From Acidimicrobiales bacterium (GTDB lineage Bacteria; Actinomycetota; Acidimicrobiia; Acidimicrobiales; Aldehydirespiratoraceae), in contig OY730440.1 of NCBI GenBank assembly GCA_963422655.1, positions 2,041,442 to 2,105,441 of the forward strand: a stretch of DNA of 64,000 nucleotides, in the 5' to 3' direction. Shown here piece after piece: positions 47,415-55,880 of this stretch. Each line of letters begins with the position of its first letter. Within the stretch, counting starts at the first letter, position 1. Under the pieces are notes generated by a model. The model did not search any database. It was not told where the DNA came from and saw nothing but the letters and a program-made list of their open reading frames with translations. The position numbers and the translations under genes are program-made.

Positions 47415-48337
47415 CCACCATCCCCGCAGTCACCGATAAGAGGCCTGAAGTACTCGAGGAATCGCCTGGCGAAGCTACCCGGGCCGAACCCTCCTCTGAA
47501 GGGGAGGGCCAGGGAACCACTACCCTCGCGGTCGGATCTCGCCGATTGATGGCACTGGTCAGGTTGGCTCTTCCGCCCATCGTGCTCGGTGCGGTCTTCA
47601 TCGGGTTCTGGTACATGATCTCTTACCTGGTTCTCGACCAGGGTCGCCGATTCCTGCTCCGGCCCCCTCATGAGGTGCTACAAGTGGGTTTCCTCGACTG
47701 GGACAATTTCAAAGAGATTCTCCTGGCGCTTTGGAGAAGCACCGAGGTGGCTTTGACCGGCCTGGGCATCGCCATTTGTATCGGGTTCTTCCTGGCTACC
47801 ATTATGAGCCAGGCCAAGATGGCAGAACGAGCTGTTTTCCCCTTCGCCGTCATCTTGCAGGCCATTCCCATCCTGGCCATAGTGCCCCTGATCGGGTTCT
47901 GGTGGGGATACGGTCAGATTTCTCGGGTCGTCGTGTGCATCATCATTTCGCTATTTCCCATCATCATGAACACCCTGTTCGGCCTGCAGTCGGCTGAGCA
48001 GGGCATGCACGACCTGTTGACCCTCCACCACGCCAATCGCTTCACTCGGCTCCGCAAGCTCATGTTCCCGGCCGCCTCACCGGCTATATTCGCCGGTCTG
48101 CGCATCTCGGCTGGTTTGTCGGTGATCGGCGCCATCGTCGGTGACTTCTTCTTCGCCAAAGGCGATGCCGGCATCGGTCAAAGCTTGCGCCGATATGCGA
48201 GTCAGCTCGATGGTGAGTTACTACTGGCTTCAGTGATCATGTCCTCGGCTTTGGGCATTGTCGTCTTCTGGACGTTCGGATGGCTTCAGAAGCTTGTCAT
48301 CGGCAAGTGGCACGATGCCGGTAACTTCGGCGGCTGA
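47411..48337 (+). CDS. ABC transporter permease (NitT/TauT family)
   Basis: 4-nt overlap with the ATPase gene. Six hydrophobic segments. EAA-like loop LTLHHANRFTRLRKLMFPAASPAIFAGLR. Confidence 0.85.
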   Translation: MTTIPAVTDKRPEVLEESPGEATRAEPSSEGEGQGTTTLAVGSRRLMALVRLALPPIVLGAVFIGFWYMISYLVLDQGRRFLLRPPHEVLQVGFLDWDNFKEILLALWRSTEVALTGLGIAICIGFFLATIMSQAKMAERAVFPFAVILQAIPILAIVPLIGFWWGYGQISRVVVCIIISLFPIIMNTLFGLQSAEQGMHDLLTLHHANRFTRLRKLMFPAASPAIFAGLRISAGLSVIGAIVGDFFFAKGDAGIGQSLRRYASQLDGELLLASVIMSSALGIVVFWTFGWLQKLVIGKWHDAGNFGG

Positions 48338-48466
48338 GGGTGGTGCTGCTGAGGGCAAAGGCGATCGCACCGGTTTGTTTCTGTGCCGGGCTGCGTAAAT
48401 TCTAGTAAATTCTACCAGTGCCGATATCGGCCCAAATTTATCCATCTCTTGGAGGAGGGACATTAC

Positions 48467-49726
48467 ATGCAAGGAAGAACCTGGTTGCGATGCAGCGCCG
48501 TTGTGCTGGCTTTCGGTCTGCTGGCCGCGGCTTGCGGTGACGACGACGACGAAGCCGCTCCGGCTACGACCGAGGCTCCGGCTACGACCGAGGCTCCGGC
48601 TACGACCGAGGCTCCGGCTACAACGGAGGCTCCGGCTACGACCGAGGCTCCGGCTACAACGGAGGCTCCGGCTACGACCGAAGCCCCGGCCTCCGACCCG
48701 ATGGATCTGTCCGATGTTTGCCCCAGCCCGCTGGTGATCCAGACCGACTGGTTCCCCGAATCCGAGCACGGCGCCATGTATGAGCTGCTCGGTGATGATT
48801 ACGTAGTCGACACCGACGAGAAGATCGTGCGGGGTTCAATGGTGCTCGATGGTCAGGATCTGGGCATCGAGTGGGAGGTGCGCACCGGAGGTCCGGCCAT
48901 CGGGTATTCTGCTGTCAGCCAACACATGGCCGTCGATGAATCGATCCATCTCGGGTACGCGTCCACCGACCAGCAGATCAACCATTGGGATGCCGTACCG
49001 TTGGTGTCGGTGGTGGCGCCGCTGGAGAAGAATCCGCAGATGGTCATGTGGGATCCCGAGACGTACCCCGATATCGAGACCATCGCCGACCTCGGCGAAG
49101 CTGGGATCACCATCAACGTCTTCGGCGGAGGAACCTTCCCTGAGGTGTTCGTAGCCCAGGGCATCTGGTCGAAGGATCAGGTGGATCCGTCCTACGACGG
49201 CGGCCCGGCCCGGTTCGTGTCCGAGGGAGGCAAAATCGCCCAGCAAGGCTTCGCTTCGGCCGAGGTGTACACCTACGAGAACGTCTTCGAGGAGTGGGGT
49301 AAGCCGGTAGCCTTCCAGCTATTGCATGATTCCGGGTTCGAGATCTATTCCCAGACCGTTGGCGTGAGTAAAAAGAACCTCGAAGAAGCGCGCCCTTGCC
49401 TGGAGAAGCTGGTTCCCATCATCCAGCAGGCCACGGTGAACTTCGACGCTGCCCCCGAGCGGGCCAACGCCATCATCGTCGATGCCGTCGAGCAGTTCCA
49501 GGATTTCTGGGTCTACCAGCCCGAACTGGCCGAATTCTCGGTGCAGGCCCAGCGTGAATACGGCCTGATCGGCAACGGTCCTGACGACATCGTGGGAAAC
49601 ATGGAAGAGGCCCGGATCAGCAAGGTGCTCGACGATATGCGAGCCGCAGGTATGGACATCGCCCCCGACCTGACCGCTGATCAGCTCTTCACCAACGAGT
49701 TCATCGACGAGTCGATCGGCTTCTGA
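48467..49726 (+). CDS. ABC transporter substrate-binding lipoprotein (NMT1/THI5-like)
   Basis: ggaggagg SD. Lipobox LLAAAC. (APATTE)x7 linker. VIQTDWFPESEHGAMYEL. Confidence 0.8.
   Translation: MQGRTWLRCSAVVLAFGLLAAACGDDDDEAAPATTEAPATTEAPATTEAPATTEAPATTEAPATTEAPATTEAPASDPMDLSDVCPSPLVIQTDWFPESEHGAMYELLGDDYVVDTDEKIVRGSMVLDGQDLGIEWEVRTGGPAIGYSAVSQHMAVDESIHLGYASTDQQINHWDAVPLVSVVAPLEKNPQMVMWDPETYPDIETIADLGEAGITINVFGGGTFPEVFVAQGIWSKDQVDPSYDGGPARFVSEGGKIAQQGFASAEVYTYENVFEEWGKPVAFQLLHDSGFEIYSQTVGVSKKNLEEARPCLEKLVPIIQQATVNFDAAPERANAIIVDAVEQFQDFWVYQPELAEFSVQAQREYGLIGNGPDDIVGNMEEARISKVLDDMRAAGMDIAPDLTADQLFTNEFIDESIGF
48557..48682 (+). repeat. 7 x 18-nt in-frame tandem repeat (gctccggctacgaccgag) encoding APATTE
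   Basis: Read directly. It forms a post-lipobox linker. Confidence 0.95.
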
Positions 49727-49790
49727 CCGAACTTTCTCAGAGAGAAACCGATTCCGGGGGCCGGTGCGTCAGCGCCGGCCCCCGGGCCGT

Positions 49791-50750
49791 TCAGGCGCTG
49801 GAGAGGTCGCTCCGAGCAGGAGCAGCGCCGGTCGGGCCCTCTTGGGGGCATACGTAAGGCTCGTAGGAGCCGTCGATTCTGGCCGTCAGGAAGTCTCCGG
49901 CCGTGACCGGCTCGTAACGGCAGGGCCGGGCGGCGGTGACGCAACTCGGGATGGGATCGACCACGGTGCCCGGATCGGGGTTGACGAAGAATGGGACCGA
50001 GAACCGGTCTCGATCTGGTGCTCCCACCACCCGATGCGGGGTTGATCGGTACCGGTCGTTGGTCCAGCGGGCCAACATGTCGCCCAAGTTCACTACCAGG
50101 CTCCCGAGCGGTGCCGAGACCGGCGTCCAGTCGCCGCCCAGGGGCTTTACCTCGAGGCCCGGTACCCCGTCGGTGGCCAGCAGGGTGATGGCGCCGTAGT
50201 CGGTGTGGGGGGTGGACAGAACCGGCAACGATCCGTCGTCGTCCATCGGCGTGACTGGGTAGTGCACGAGCCGGAGCCGGCATTGGGGGTCGGTCATGCG
50301 GGCCGCGAAGAAGCTCGGATCGGCGTCGAGGGCTATGGCCAGAGCCCGCAGGATCGTTGCCGCGGTGGCGAGGGCAGCCCGCTGATAGGCGCGCACCGCT
50401 GGAGCGAACCCGGAGATGTCCGGCCAGGTGATCTCGTCGGCCAGCCCGATGTCGATGTGTTCGAAAATGTTGCTGGCTCGCTCGGGATCCAGTGTTTGCC
50501 CGGTAAGCGGCACGAACCCGTACCGGTTGACCCGGGGTACTTGTTCTTTGCGGTCCTGGGGTAGGGCGAAGAAGGTCCGTGACGCTTCGAACACGGCATC
50601 GAGCCGGTCACCGAGACCGTGTCCGGTGACGCCGAAGAAGCCCGTATCCGTGCAGGCGTCATCGATGCCTTCGATGATCATCGAGGCTTCGGGCCCGGTC
50701 GGTTCGTTGCGCAGTGCGGTGATATCGATGATGGGCAGGGTGATAGTCAC
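49791..50750 (-). CDS. 2-oxoglutarate/Fe(II)-dependent oxygenase (isopenicillin-N-synthase-like)
   Basis: PHTDYGAITLLATD, GLEV, VVNLGDMLARWTNDRYRSTPHRV. Confidence 0.8.
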   Translation of the reverse strand: MTITLPIIDITALRNEPTGPEASMIIEGIDDACTDTGFFGVTGHGLGDRLDAVFEASRTFFALPQDRKEQVPRVNRYGFVPLTGQTLDPERASNIFEHIDIGLADEITWPDISGFAPAVRAYQRAALATAATILRALAIALDADPSFFAARMTDPQCRLRLVHYPVTPMDDDGSLPVLSTPHTDYGAITLLATDGVPGLEVKPLGGDWTPVSAPLGSLVVNLGDMLARWTNDRYRSTPHRVVGAPDRDRFSVPFFVNPDPGTVVDPIPSCVTAARPCRYEPVTAGDFLTARIDGSYEPYVCPQEGPTGAAPARSDLSSA

Positions 50751-52039
50751 GCGCCGGCCTCCGCAATTGCATCGTCATACCCGGTACCGATCCGAGACCG
50801 ACACCTCTCGACCGGTTCTATCCCCACGGTGGTGTGCTGGTTGGTGGAGGCGACGAGTCGGCCTTGGTGGTAGGTGCGGCGGGACATTGCGGCGTCGGCG
50901 ACGGCGGCTCGGACCGATGTGGCGTCGATGGCGGTGAGCTCGGCGGGGTCGCCGGGTTCGAAGTTGACCGGGGCCAGGCCCATGGCTCGGCGGGCGTTGT
51001 TGGAGACCATGTCGTAGGCGGTTTCGGGGGTTTGGTGGGCGGCCATGACCAGCAGGGCGGCGGTTTCCAGCGGGTCGCTGCGACCTACCGGATTGTAGGG
51101 GTCTTGCACGTTGTCGGCTCCGGCTGCTACCAGGGTGCCGGCGTGGCGCAGGGTGTCGATGGCGGTGAGGCCGCGGGGGGTGGCGGTGGGGTGGTGGCGT
51201 CCTTGGAGGTAGAGGTTGGTTTGGGGCAAGGTGATCACTGCGATCTCGGCTTCGGCTACTTCGGCTGCCACGGCGGCTTGGACGTCGGGTGGTTGCATGC
51301 CCAAGCTCACGCAGTGGCTGGCCGCGACCGGGTGAGCGAAACCGGTTTCGTGTACTTGGCGGGCCAGGCTGCGTAACGTCAACACGCCGGGGTCGAGCAT
51401 CTCATCGACATGAAGATCGATGCCCAAACCAGCGTCGGCGGCCGCATCCAAGGCATAGGCGATGAGGCCGGGGCCGTCAGGATCGAGATGAGGGCAGCCG
51501 CCCACCAAATCCACCCCCGCCTCCAGAGCCGCGGCCAGGGCCCGGCGGTTGGCAATGCTGTCAGAGCCGGTCAAGGGAAAGCCGCTCAAAGCCACGATCT
51601 GGACATCCATCAGCCCGGCGAAACGGTCGGCGGCCTCCCGCACTGCGGCTACCGCCACGGTTGTCGGATCTCCCAGGGCGTTGACGTGAGATCTCACCGC
51701 CGTCACCCCGTGCACCAGCAGCAGTTCCAAGGCCTGGCTTGCTCGGTTCACGATGTTCTCGTAGGTGAAGAGACCGGCCGATGCCGCTGCTGACCAGGCT
51801 TCGATGGCGCCGAGCAGGTCGCCGGTGGGGTTACCGACATCGGTGGCGGTGAGTGCCTTGTCGAGATGGGAGTGAGGCTCGGCCAAGGCGGGGAGAAGTA
51901 ACCAGCCCGCCAAGTCGTCGATCTCGGCCCCTTCGGGGGCGGGCGACCCGGCGGCGGCCACTGCGGTGATCAGGCCGTCGTCGGTGTGGACATCAACGGC
52001 TCGGCCGTCGGCCAGCCGGGCGTTGCGTAGCACTCTCAC
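50747..52039 (-). CDS. Amidohydrolase, cytosine-deaminase-like (paralog 1)
   Basis: LPALAEPHSHLDKA (HxH metal site). 430 aa. The stop overlaps the start of the oxygenase gene. Confidence 0.8.
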   Translation of the reverse strand: MRVLRNARLADGRAVDVHTDDGLITAVAAAGSPAPEGAEIDDLAGWLLLPALAEPHSHLDKALTATDVGNPTGDLLGAIEAWSAAASAGLFTYENIVNRASQALELLLVHGVTAVRSHVNALGDPTTVAVAAVREAADRFAGLMDVQIVALSGFPLTGSDSIANRRALAAALEAGVDLVGGCPHLDPDGPGLIAYALDAAADAGLGIDLHVDEMLDPGVLTLRSLARQVHETGFAHPVAASHCVSLGMQPPDVQAAVAAEVAEAEIAVITLPQTNLYLQGRHHPTATPRGLTAIDTLRHAGTLVAAGADNVQDPYNPVGRSDPLETAALLVMAAHQTPETAYDMVSNNARRAMGLAPVNFEPGDPAELTAIDATSVRAAVADAAMSRRTYHQGRLVASTNQHTTVGIEPVERCRSRIGTGYDDAIAEAGA

Positions 52040-52058
52040 GGGTATCGCTCCTCGATGA

Positions 52059-53288
52059 TCAACCGAGTATCCGGGTGTGCTGGTTGGTGGAGGCGACGAG
52101 TCGGCCTTGGTGGTAGGTGCGGCGGGACATTGCGGCGTCGGCGACGGCGGCTCGGACCGATGTGGCGTCGATGGCGGTGAGCTCGGCGGGGTCGCCGGGT
52201 TCGAAGTTGACCGGGGCCAGGCCCATGGCTCGGCGGGCGTTGTTGGAGACCATGTCGTAGGCGGTTTCGGGGGTTTGGTGGGCGGCCATGACCAGCAGGG
52301 CGGCGGTTTCCAGCGGGTCGCTGCGACCTACCGGATTGTAGGGGTCTTGCACGTTGTCGGCTCCGGCTGCTACCAGGGTGCCGGCGTGGCGCAGGGTGTC
52401 GATGGCGGTGAGGCCGCGGGGGGTGGCGGTGGGGTGGTGGCGTCCTTGGAGGTAGAGGTTGGTTTGGGGCAAGGTGATCACTGCGATCTCGGCTTCGGCT
52501 ACTTCGGCTGCCACGGCGGCTTGGACGTCGGGTGGTTGCATGCCCAAGCTCACGCAGTGGCTGGCCGCGACCGGGTGAGCGAAACCGGTTTCGTGTACTT
52601 GGCGGGCCAGGCTGCGTAACGTCAACACGCCGGGGTCGAGCATCTCATCGACATGAAGATCGATGCCCAAACCAGCGTCGGCGGCCGCATCCAAGGCGAC
52701 GCCGAGGGCGGCGGCGGGATCCGGGTCGAGTTGGGGGCAGCCGCCCACCAAGTCCACCCCCGCCTCCAGAGCCGCGGCCAGAACGGACCGGCTCTCGGCC
52801 CCCTTCGGGCCGCTGATCGATCCCCCGGTCAGGGCCACGATCTGGAGATCGACCAGACCGGCAAACCGGCGGCGCACCTCATGCAAGACCCGTATACCGA
52901 TGACACCGGTCTCGGGCACCGTGTTCACATGGGAGCGGATAGCCGTGGCTCCGTGTCCGACCAGTAACCTCACTGCCGCCGACGCTCTCTCGGCCAGGTT
53001 TTCCTCGCTGAATCGGCCCGCGGTCACCGCTGCTGACCAGGCTTCGATGGCGCCGAGCAGGTCGCCGGTGGGGTTACCGACATCGGTGGCGGTGAGGGCT
53101 TTGTCGAGATGGGCGTGAGGCTCGGCCAAGGCGGGGAGAAGCAACCAGCCCGCTAAGTCGTCGATCTCGGCCCCTTCGGGGGCCGGCGACCCGGCGGCGG
53201 CCACTGCGGTGATCAGGCCGTCGTCGATGTGAACATCAACGGCTCGGCCGTCGGCTAGCCGGGCGTTACCCAGAACTCGCATCGTCAC
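52059..53288 (-). CDS. Amidohydrolase, cytosine-deaminase-like (paralog 2)
   Basis: LPALAEPHAHLDKA. The 3' 624 nt are identical to paralog 1. Confidence 0.8.
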   Translation of the reverse strand: MTMRVLGNARLADGRAVDVHIDDGLITAVAAAGSPAPEGAEIDDLAGWLLLPALAEPHAHLDKALTATDVGNPTGDLLGAIEAWSAAVTAGRFSEENLAERASAAVRLLVGHGATAIRSHVNTVPETGVIGIRVLHEVRRRFAGLVDLQIVALTGGSISGPKGAESRSVLAAALEAGVDLVGGCPQLDPDPAAALGVALDAAADAGLGIDLHVDEMLDPGVLTLRSLARQVHETGFAHPVAASHCVSLGMQPPDVQAAVAAEVAEAEIAVITLPQTNLYLQGRHHPTATPRGLTAIDTLRHAGTLVAAGADNVQDPYNPVGRSDPLETAALLVMAAHQTPETAYDMVSNNARRAMGLAPVNFEPGDPAELTAIDATSVRAAVADAAMSRRTYHQGRLVASTNQHTRILG

Positions 53289-53362
53289 AGGCTAGACCCC
53301 ACCGCCAAACCCCTAGTGGCGTGTCGTGTCACCCTGGCCCCGGCGTCGTGGCTGGACCGGAT

Positions 53363-53459
53363 CAAGGGCTGGTTCTCGATGCTTGATTCAGATGGCGACC
53401 GGTTCGGGTAAGACTTTCACAGCCACCAACGTCTCGTACCGGCTCCTTCGCCACGTCGG
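53363..53459 (+). pseudogene. 97-nt relic of a type I restriction hsdR gene (helicase motif I region)
   Basis: Encodes LIQMATGSGKTFTATNVSYRLLRHVGARRILF. It matches 60386-60482 of the intact hsdR with 7 mismatches in 97 nt (my count). No homology on either side. Confidence 0.75.
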
Positions 53460-53901
53460 TGCACGCAGGATTCTGTTTCGTCTATTACGGTCTTTTGAGT
53501 TGCTTCTCCCCCGGGCAACCCGCACCCCGCTCGGAGTGCGGGACCAGGTTGTGGCGGGCCATAGCAAAGATTGTCGCGGCGTGCCAGCAAAACAGATCCG
53601 CAGGGTCCCGCGGGTTGAAGAGCAAGTCCCGGGCCAGCGCCGCTCGGGCATCGCCGGTGAGGCGATCGACTGTCCAACCAGCGACCGGAACCAGTTGCCT
53701 TCCACCGAGGACACCGCCTCCACCGGCCCGGCGACTGCTTCGCCGCCGGACGCGATTACTGGTTGCGCGCGACATCCGGGCGGGGCGTGCAACCAGGCCG
53801 TGCGGCGCCAGTTGTCCGCAGCTTCGCCAAGTCGAGGGTGGTGGATCAGACCGTGTGTTTCCATCAACGGACCGTGTGCTCCCATCAAATCGTTCGGGTG
53901 G

Positions 53902-53929
53902 TTGATTCTCGCCGGCAGGTTGCTATATT
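53902..53929 (+). promoter_or_regulatory. Candidate sigma-70-type promoter of the island operon
   Basis: TTGATT-N16-TATATT, about 60 nt upstream of ATG 53990, at the point where the sequence becomes AT-rich. Confidence 0.35.
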
Positions 53930-53989
53930 TCCCCGTATGATTATCTGACGGGAATTGGCGACAAGTGATAGATATTCGAGCGGAGTTGG

Positions 53990-54256
53990 ATGATGCAGGT
54001 CAGAGAAGCGGTGGAATCAGCAGCAGCAGCGGTTCTGTGCGTCAGTGTGGAGGACCTTCGACTCAACGATGCAAAGGGTGGGTTACGGTTCGATTCGCCC
54101 CAGGCCGAAGCAATCGTGGCCCGCGTCGAGGGGTTGCTCGGCACGGGTCCCCTGGCTGAGGTCAAAGATCTGCAAACCAGTGAGCCAGCGACGCTTGAGA
54201 CGTTGACGGAACTGCTCGAAACCAAGCGCACTGGTAGCGAGGCGATGACGACATGA
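53990..54256 (+). CDS. Acyl/peptidyl carrier protein-like small protein
   Basis: 88 aa. The layout parallels ACP: VREAVESAAAAVLCVSVEDLRLNDAKGGLRFDSPQAEAIVARVEGLLG. The DS motif at the start of helix 2 would be the phosphopantetheine serine. Confidence 0.55.
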   Translation: MMQVREAVESAAAAVLCVSVEDLRLNDAKGGLRFDSPQAEAIVARVEGLLGTGPLAEVKDLQTSEPATLETLTELLETKRTGSEAMTT

Positions 54257-55038
54257 TGTCGATCGTTGCGGATAGCGCCCTAGAGGCGTGGGCGGCCGCC
54301 GTTTGGGAGATCTCCCGAAAATCTGACCGAGAGGTTGTTCATTCGATTGTTTCGTTCCCCTGCGATACGACTCTTGGCCCCGAACACGAGCAGGTGAGCC
54401 AGATGTTGACGGATGCTGGTGCGTGGGATGTCAAACAGGTTGCGGACACGATCTTTCCGCAGTCTCTGTATCGCCCCGAGGCCGAGGAACCAGCTAAGGC
54501 ACTTTTCGAGAACTGGAACTATGCGCGGCAAGTCAACAGACGCCGCAAAGGCCAGTCCATCACCTACTTCGACAGGCTGACTCACTACCCGAATAGCACT
54601 GGCGATTTCAACCAGCTCCAATGCCAGTTGGAGAAGCTTCGTTCAGAGCTTGCGGCAAGAGGCCCTTATCGAGCGATCTACGAGTTGGGGCTGACCGGTG
54701 AGGCTGAACTGCGTCTCATGATCCCAGGAGTGGACCGACCTCGACGCAGTTTCCCGTGTCTGAGCCACGTGAGCCTGACATTACGTAAGAAAACACTTCA
54801 TCTGATGGCCCAGTACCGATATCAGTACATGATACGCAAGGCGCTGGGTAACTATCTTGGCCTCAGTCGACTGCTCGCGTTCTTTGTGAATGAGCTCGGA
54901 TTGACCGCGGGCAGGGTCAGCGTCACTGCTGCGTATGCACGAATCGACGCGAAAAAGTTGGGTGGCATCAAGAGATGGAGAACGTTCGCTGAAAGTCTGA
55001 AGACTATGGAGCCAACAGCCTTGGAGCAACAGAAATGA
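54253..55038 (+). CDS. Thymidylate synthase / pyrimidine hydroxymethylase-fold protein (divergent)
   Basis: [66 protein letters not shown] parallels ThyA [80 protein letters not shown] parallels DRTGTGTLSIFG. 4-nt overlaps with both neighbours. Confidence 0.45.
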   Translation: [261 protein letters not shown]

Positions 55039-55484
55039 ACAGACCTGAGCATCTTGAGCGATGGCTGGGGTCTGCATTGCAAGCCCTTACCACCGATTTC
55101 GATGACGTGATCCCTGGAATCGATGTGGTCAGTGTCCCGGACTTCGAGCATCTGATCAGAATTGGAGGTCAGCAATTCCTGACGCGCCAGTTCACCAGTG
55201 CCGAGCTGTCCGAATGTGGTAGCAACGGTGAGCGCCTAGCCGCTCGTTTCGCAGCGAAGGAAGCCACGGTGAAGGTGCTGAGGACCGGATTTCGCAGAGG
55301 TATTGCAGCTCGCCATATCGAAATCAAAACGAACAAATCCGGAATGCCGCACGTGATGCTGCACGGACCCGCGGCTGAAAGAGCCGAACAGATGTCGCTG
55401 AGGTTAGTAAATGTGACACTGACTCACGATGCAGATCTGGCTGCAGCAGCGGCGATTGGACGGCGCGAAAATGAGACCGTGTGA
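55035..55484 (+). CDS. AcpS-type 4'-phosphopantetheinyl transferase
   Basis: GIDVVSVPDFEHL, FTSAELSEC, ERLAARFAAKEATVKVL, IEIKTNKSGMPHV, VTLTHDADLAAAAAI. All AcpS motifs appear in the expected order. Confidence 0.8.
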   Translation: MNRPEHLERWLGSALQALTTDFDDVIPGIDVVSVPDFEHLIRIGGQQFLTRQFTSAELSECGSNGERLAARFAAKEATVKVLRTGFRRGIAARHIEIKTNKSGMPHVMLHGPAAERAEQMSLRLVNVTLTHDADLAAAAAIGRRENETV

Positions 55485-55505
55485 TAGCAGGAAGGACACA
55501 AGGAG

Positions 55506-55880
55506 ATGACCGAGAAGACCATGCCAGAAGTCGGCACAGAACAAGCCGCGATTGGTGAGCGGTTAAAGGAAGCGCGCACCTATCTCGGATTGACCCAGGA
55601 ACTAGTGGCCGAGGAGTTGTCGATTCCCCGGCCAGCGGTATCCCAGATCGAGCGTGGAGGAAGACGCGTGTCAGGCATAGAACTCAAGAAGCTGGCAACT
55701 CTCTATGGTCGGCCCGTGGGTTGGTTCTTCGGTGATATAGAGGGGACGGTTGGGGATACCGGAGAGCAGACCGACGCGCTGTTCCGCGCTATGAACGATC
55801 TTGATGAATCTGATGTGGAAGAGGTTGTGCGGTTCGCCGAGTTCCTGCGTAGTCGCGCCGAGACGTCACCATGGCAGTGA
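55506..55880 (+). CDS. XRE-family helix-turn-helix transcriptional regulator
   Basis: IGERLKEARTYLGLTQELVAEELSIPRPAVSQIERGGRRVSGIELKKLATLYG. aaggag SD. Confidence 0.85.
   Translation: MTEKTMPEVGTEQAAIGERLKEARTYLGLTQELVAEELSIPRPAVSQIERGGRRVSGIELKKLATLYGRPVGWFFGDIEGTVGDTGEQTDALFRAMNDLDESDVEEVVRFAEFLRSRAETSPWQ

Noticed and set aside
53388-53888. 166-aa and 96-aa minus-strand ORFs and a 148-aa plus-strand ORF in the spacer after the hsdR relic
   Set aside because: They overlap each other in different frames, and one is antisense to the hsdR relic. None has a recognisable motif or start context, so I left the region unannotated.
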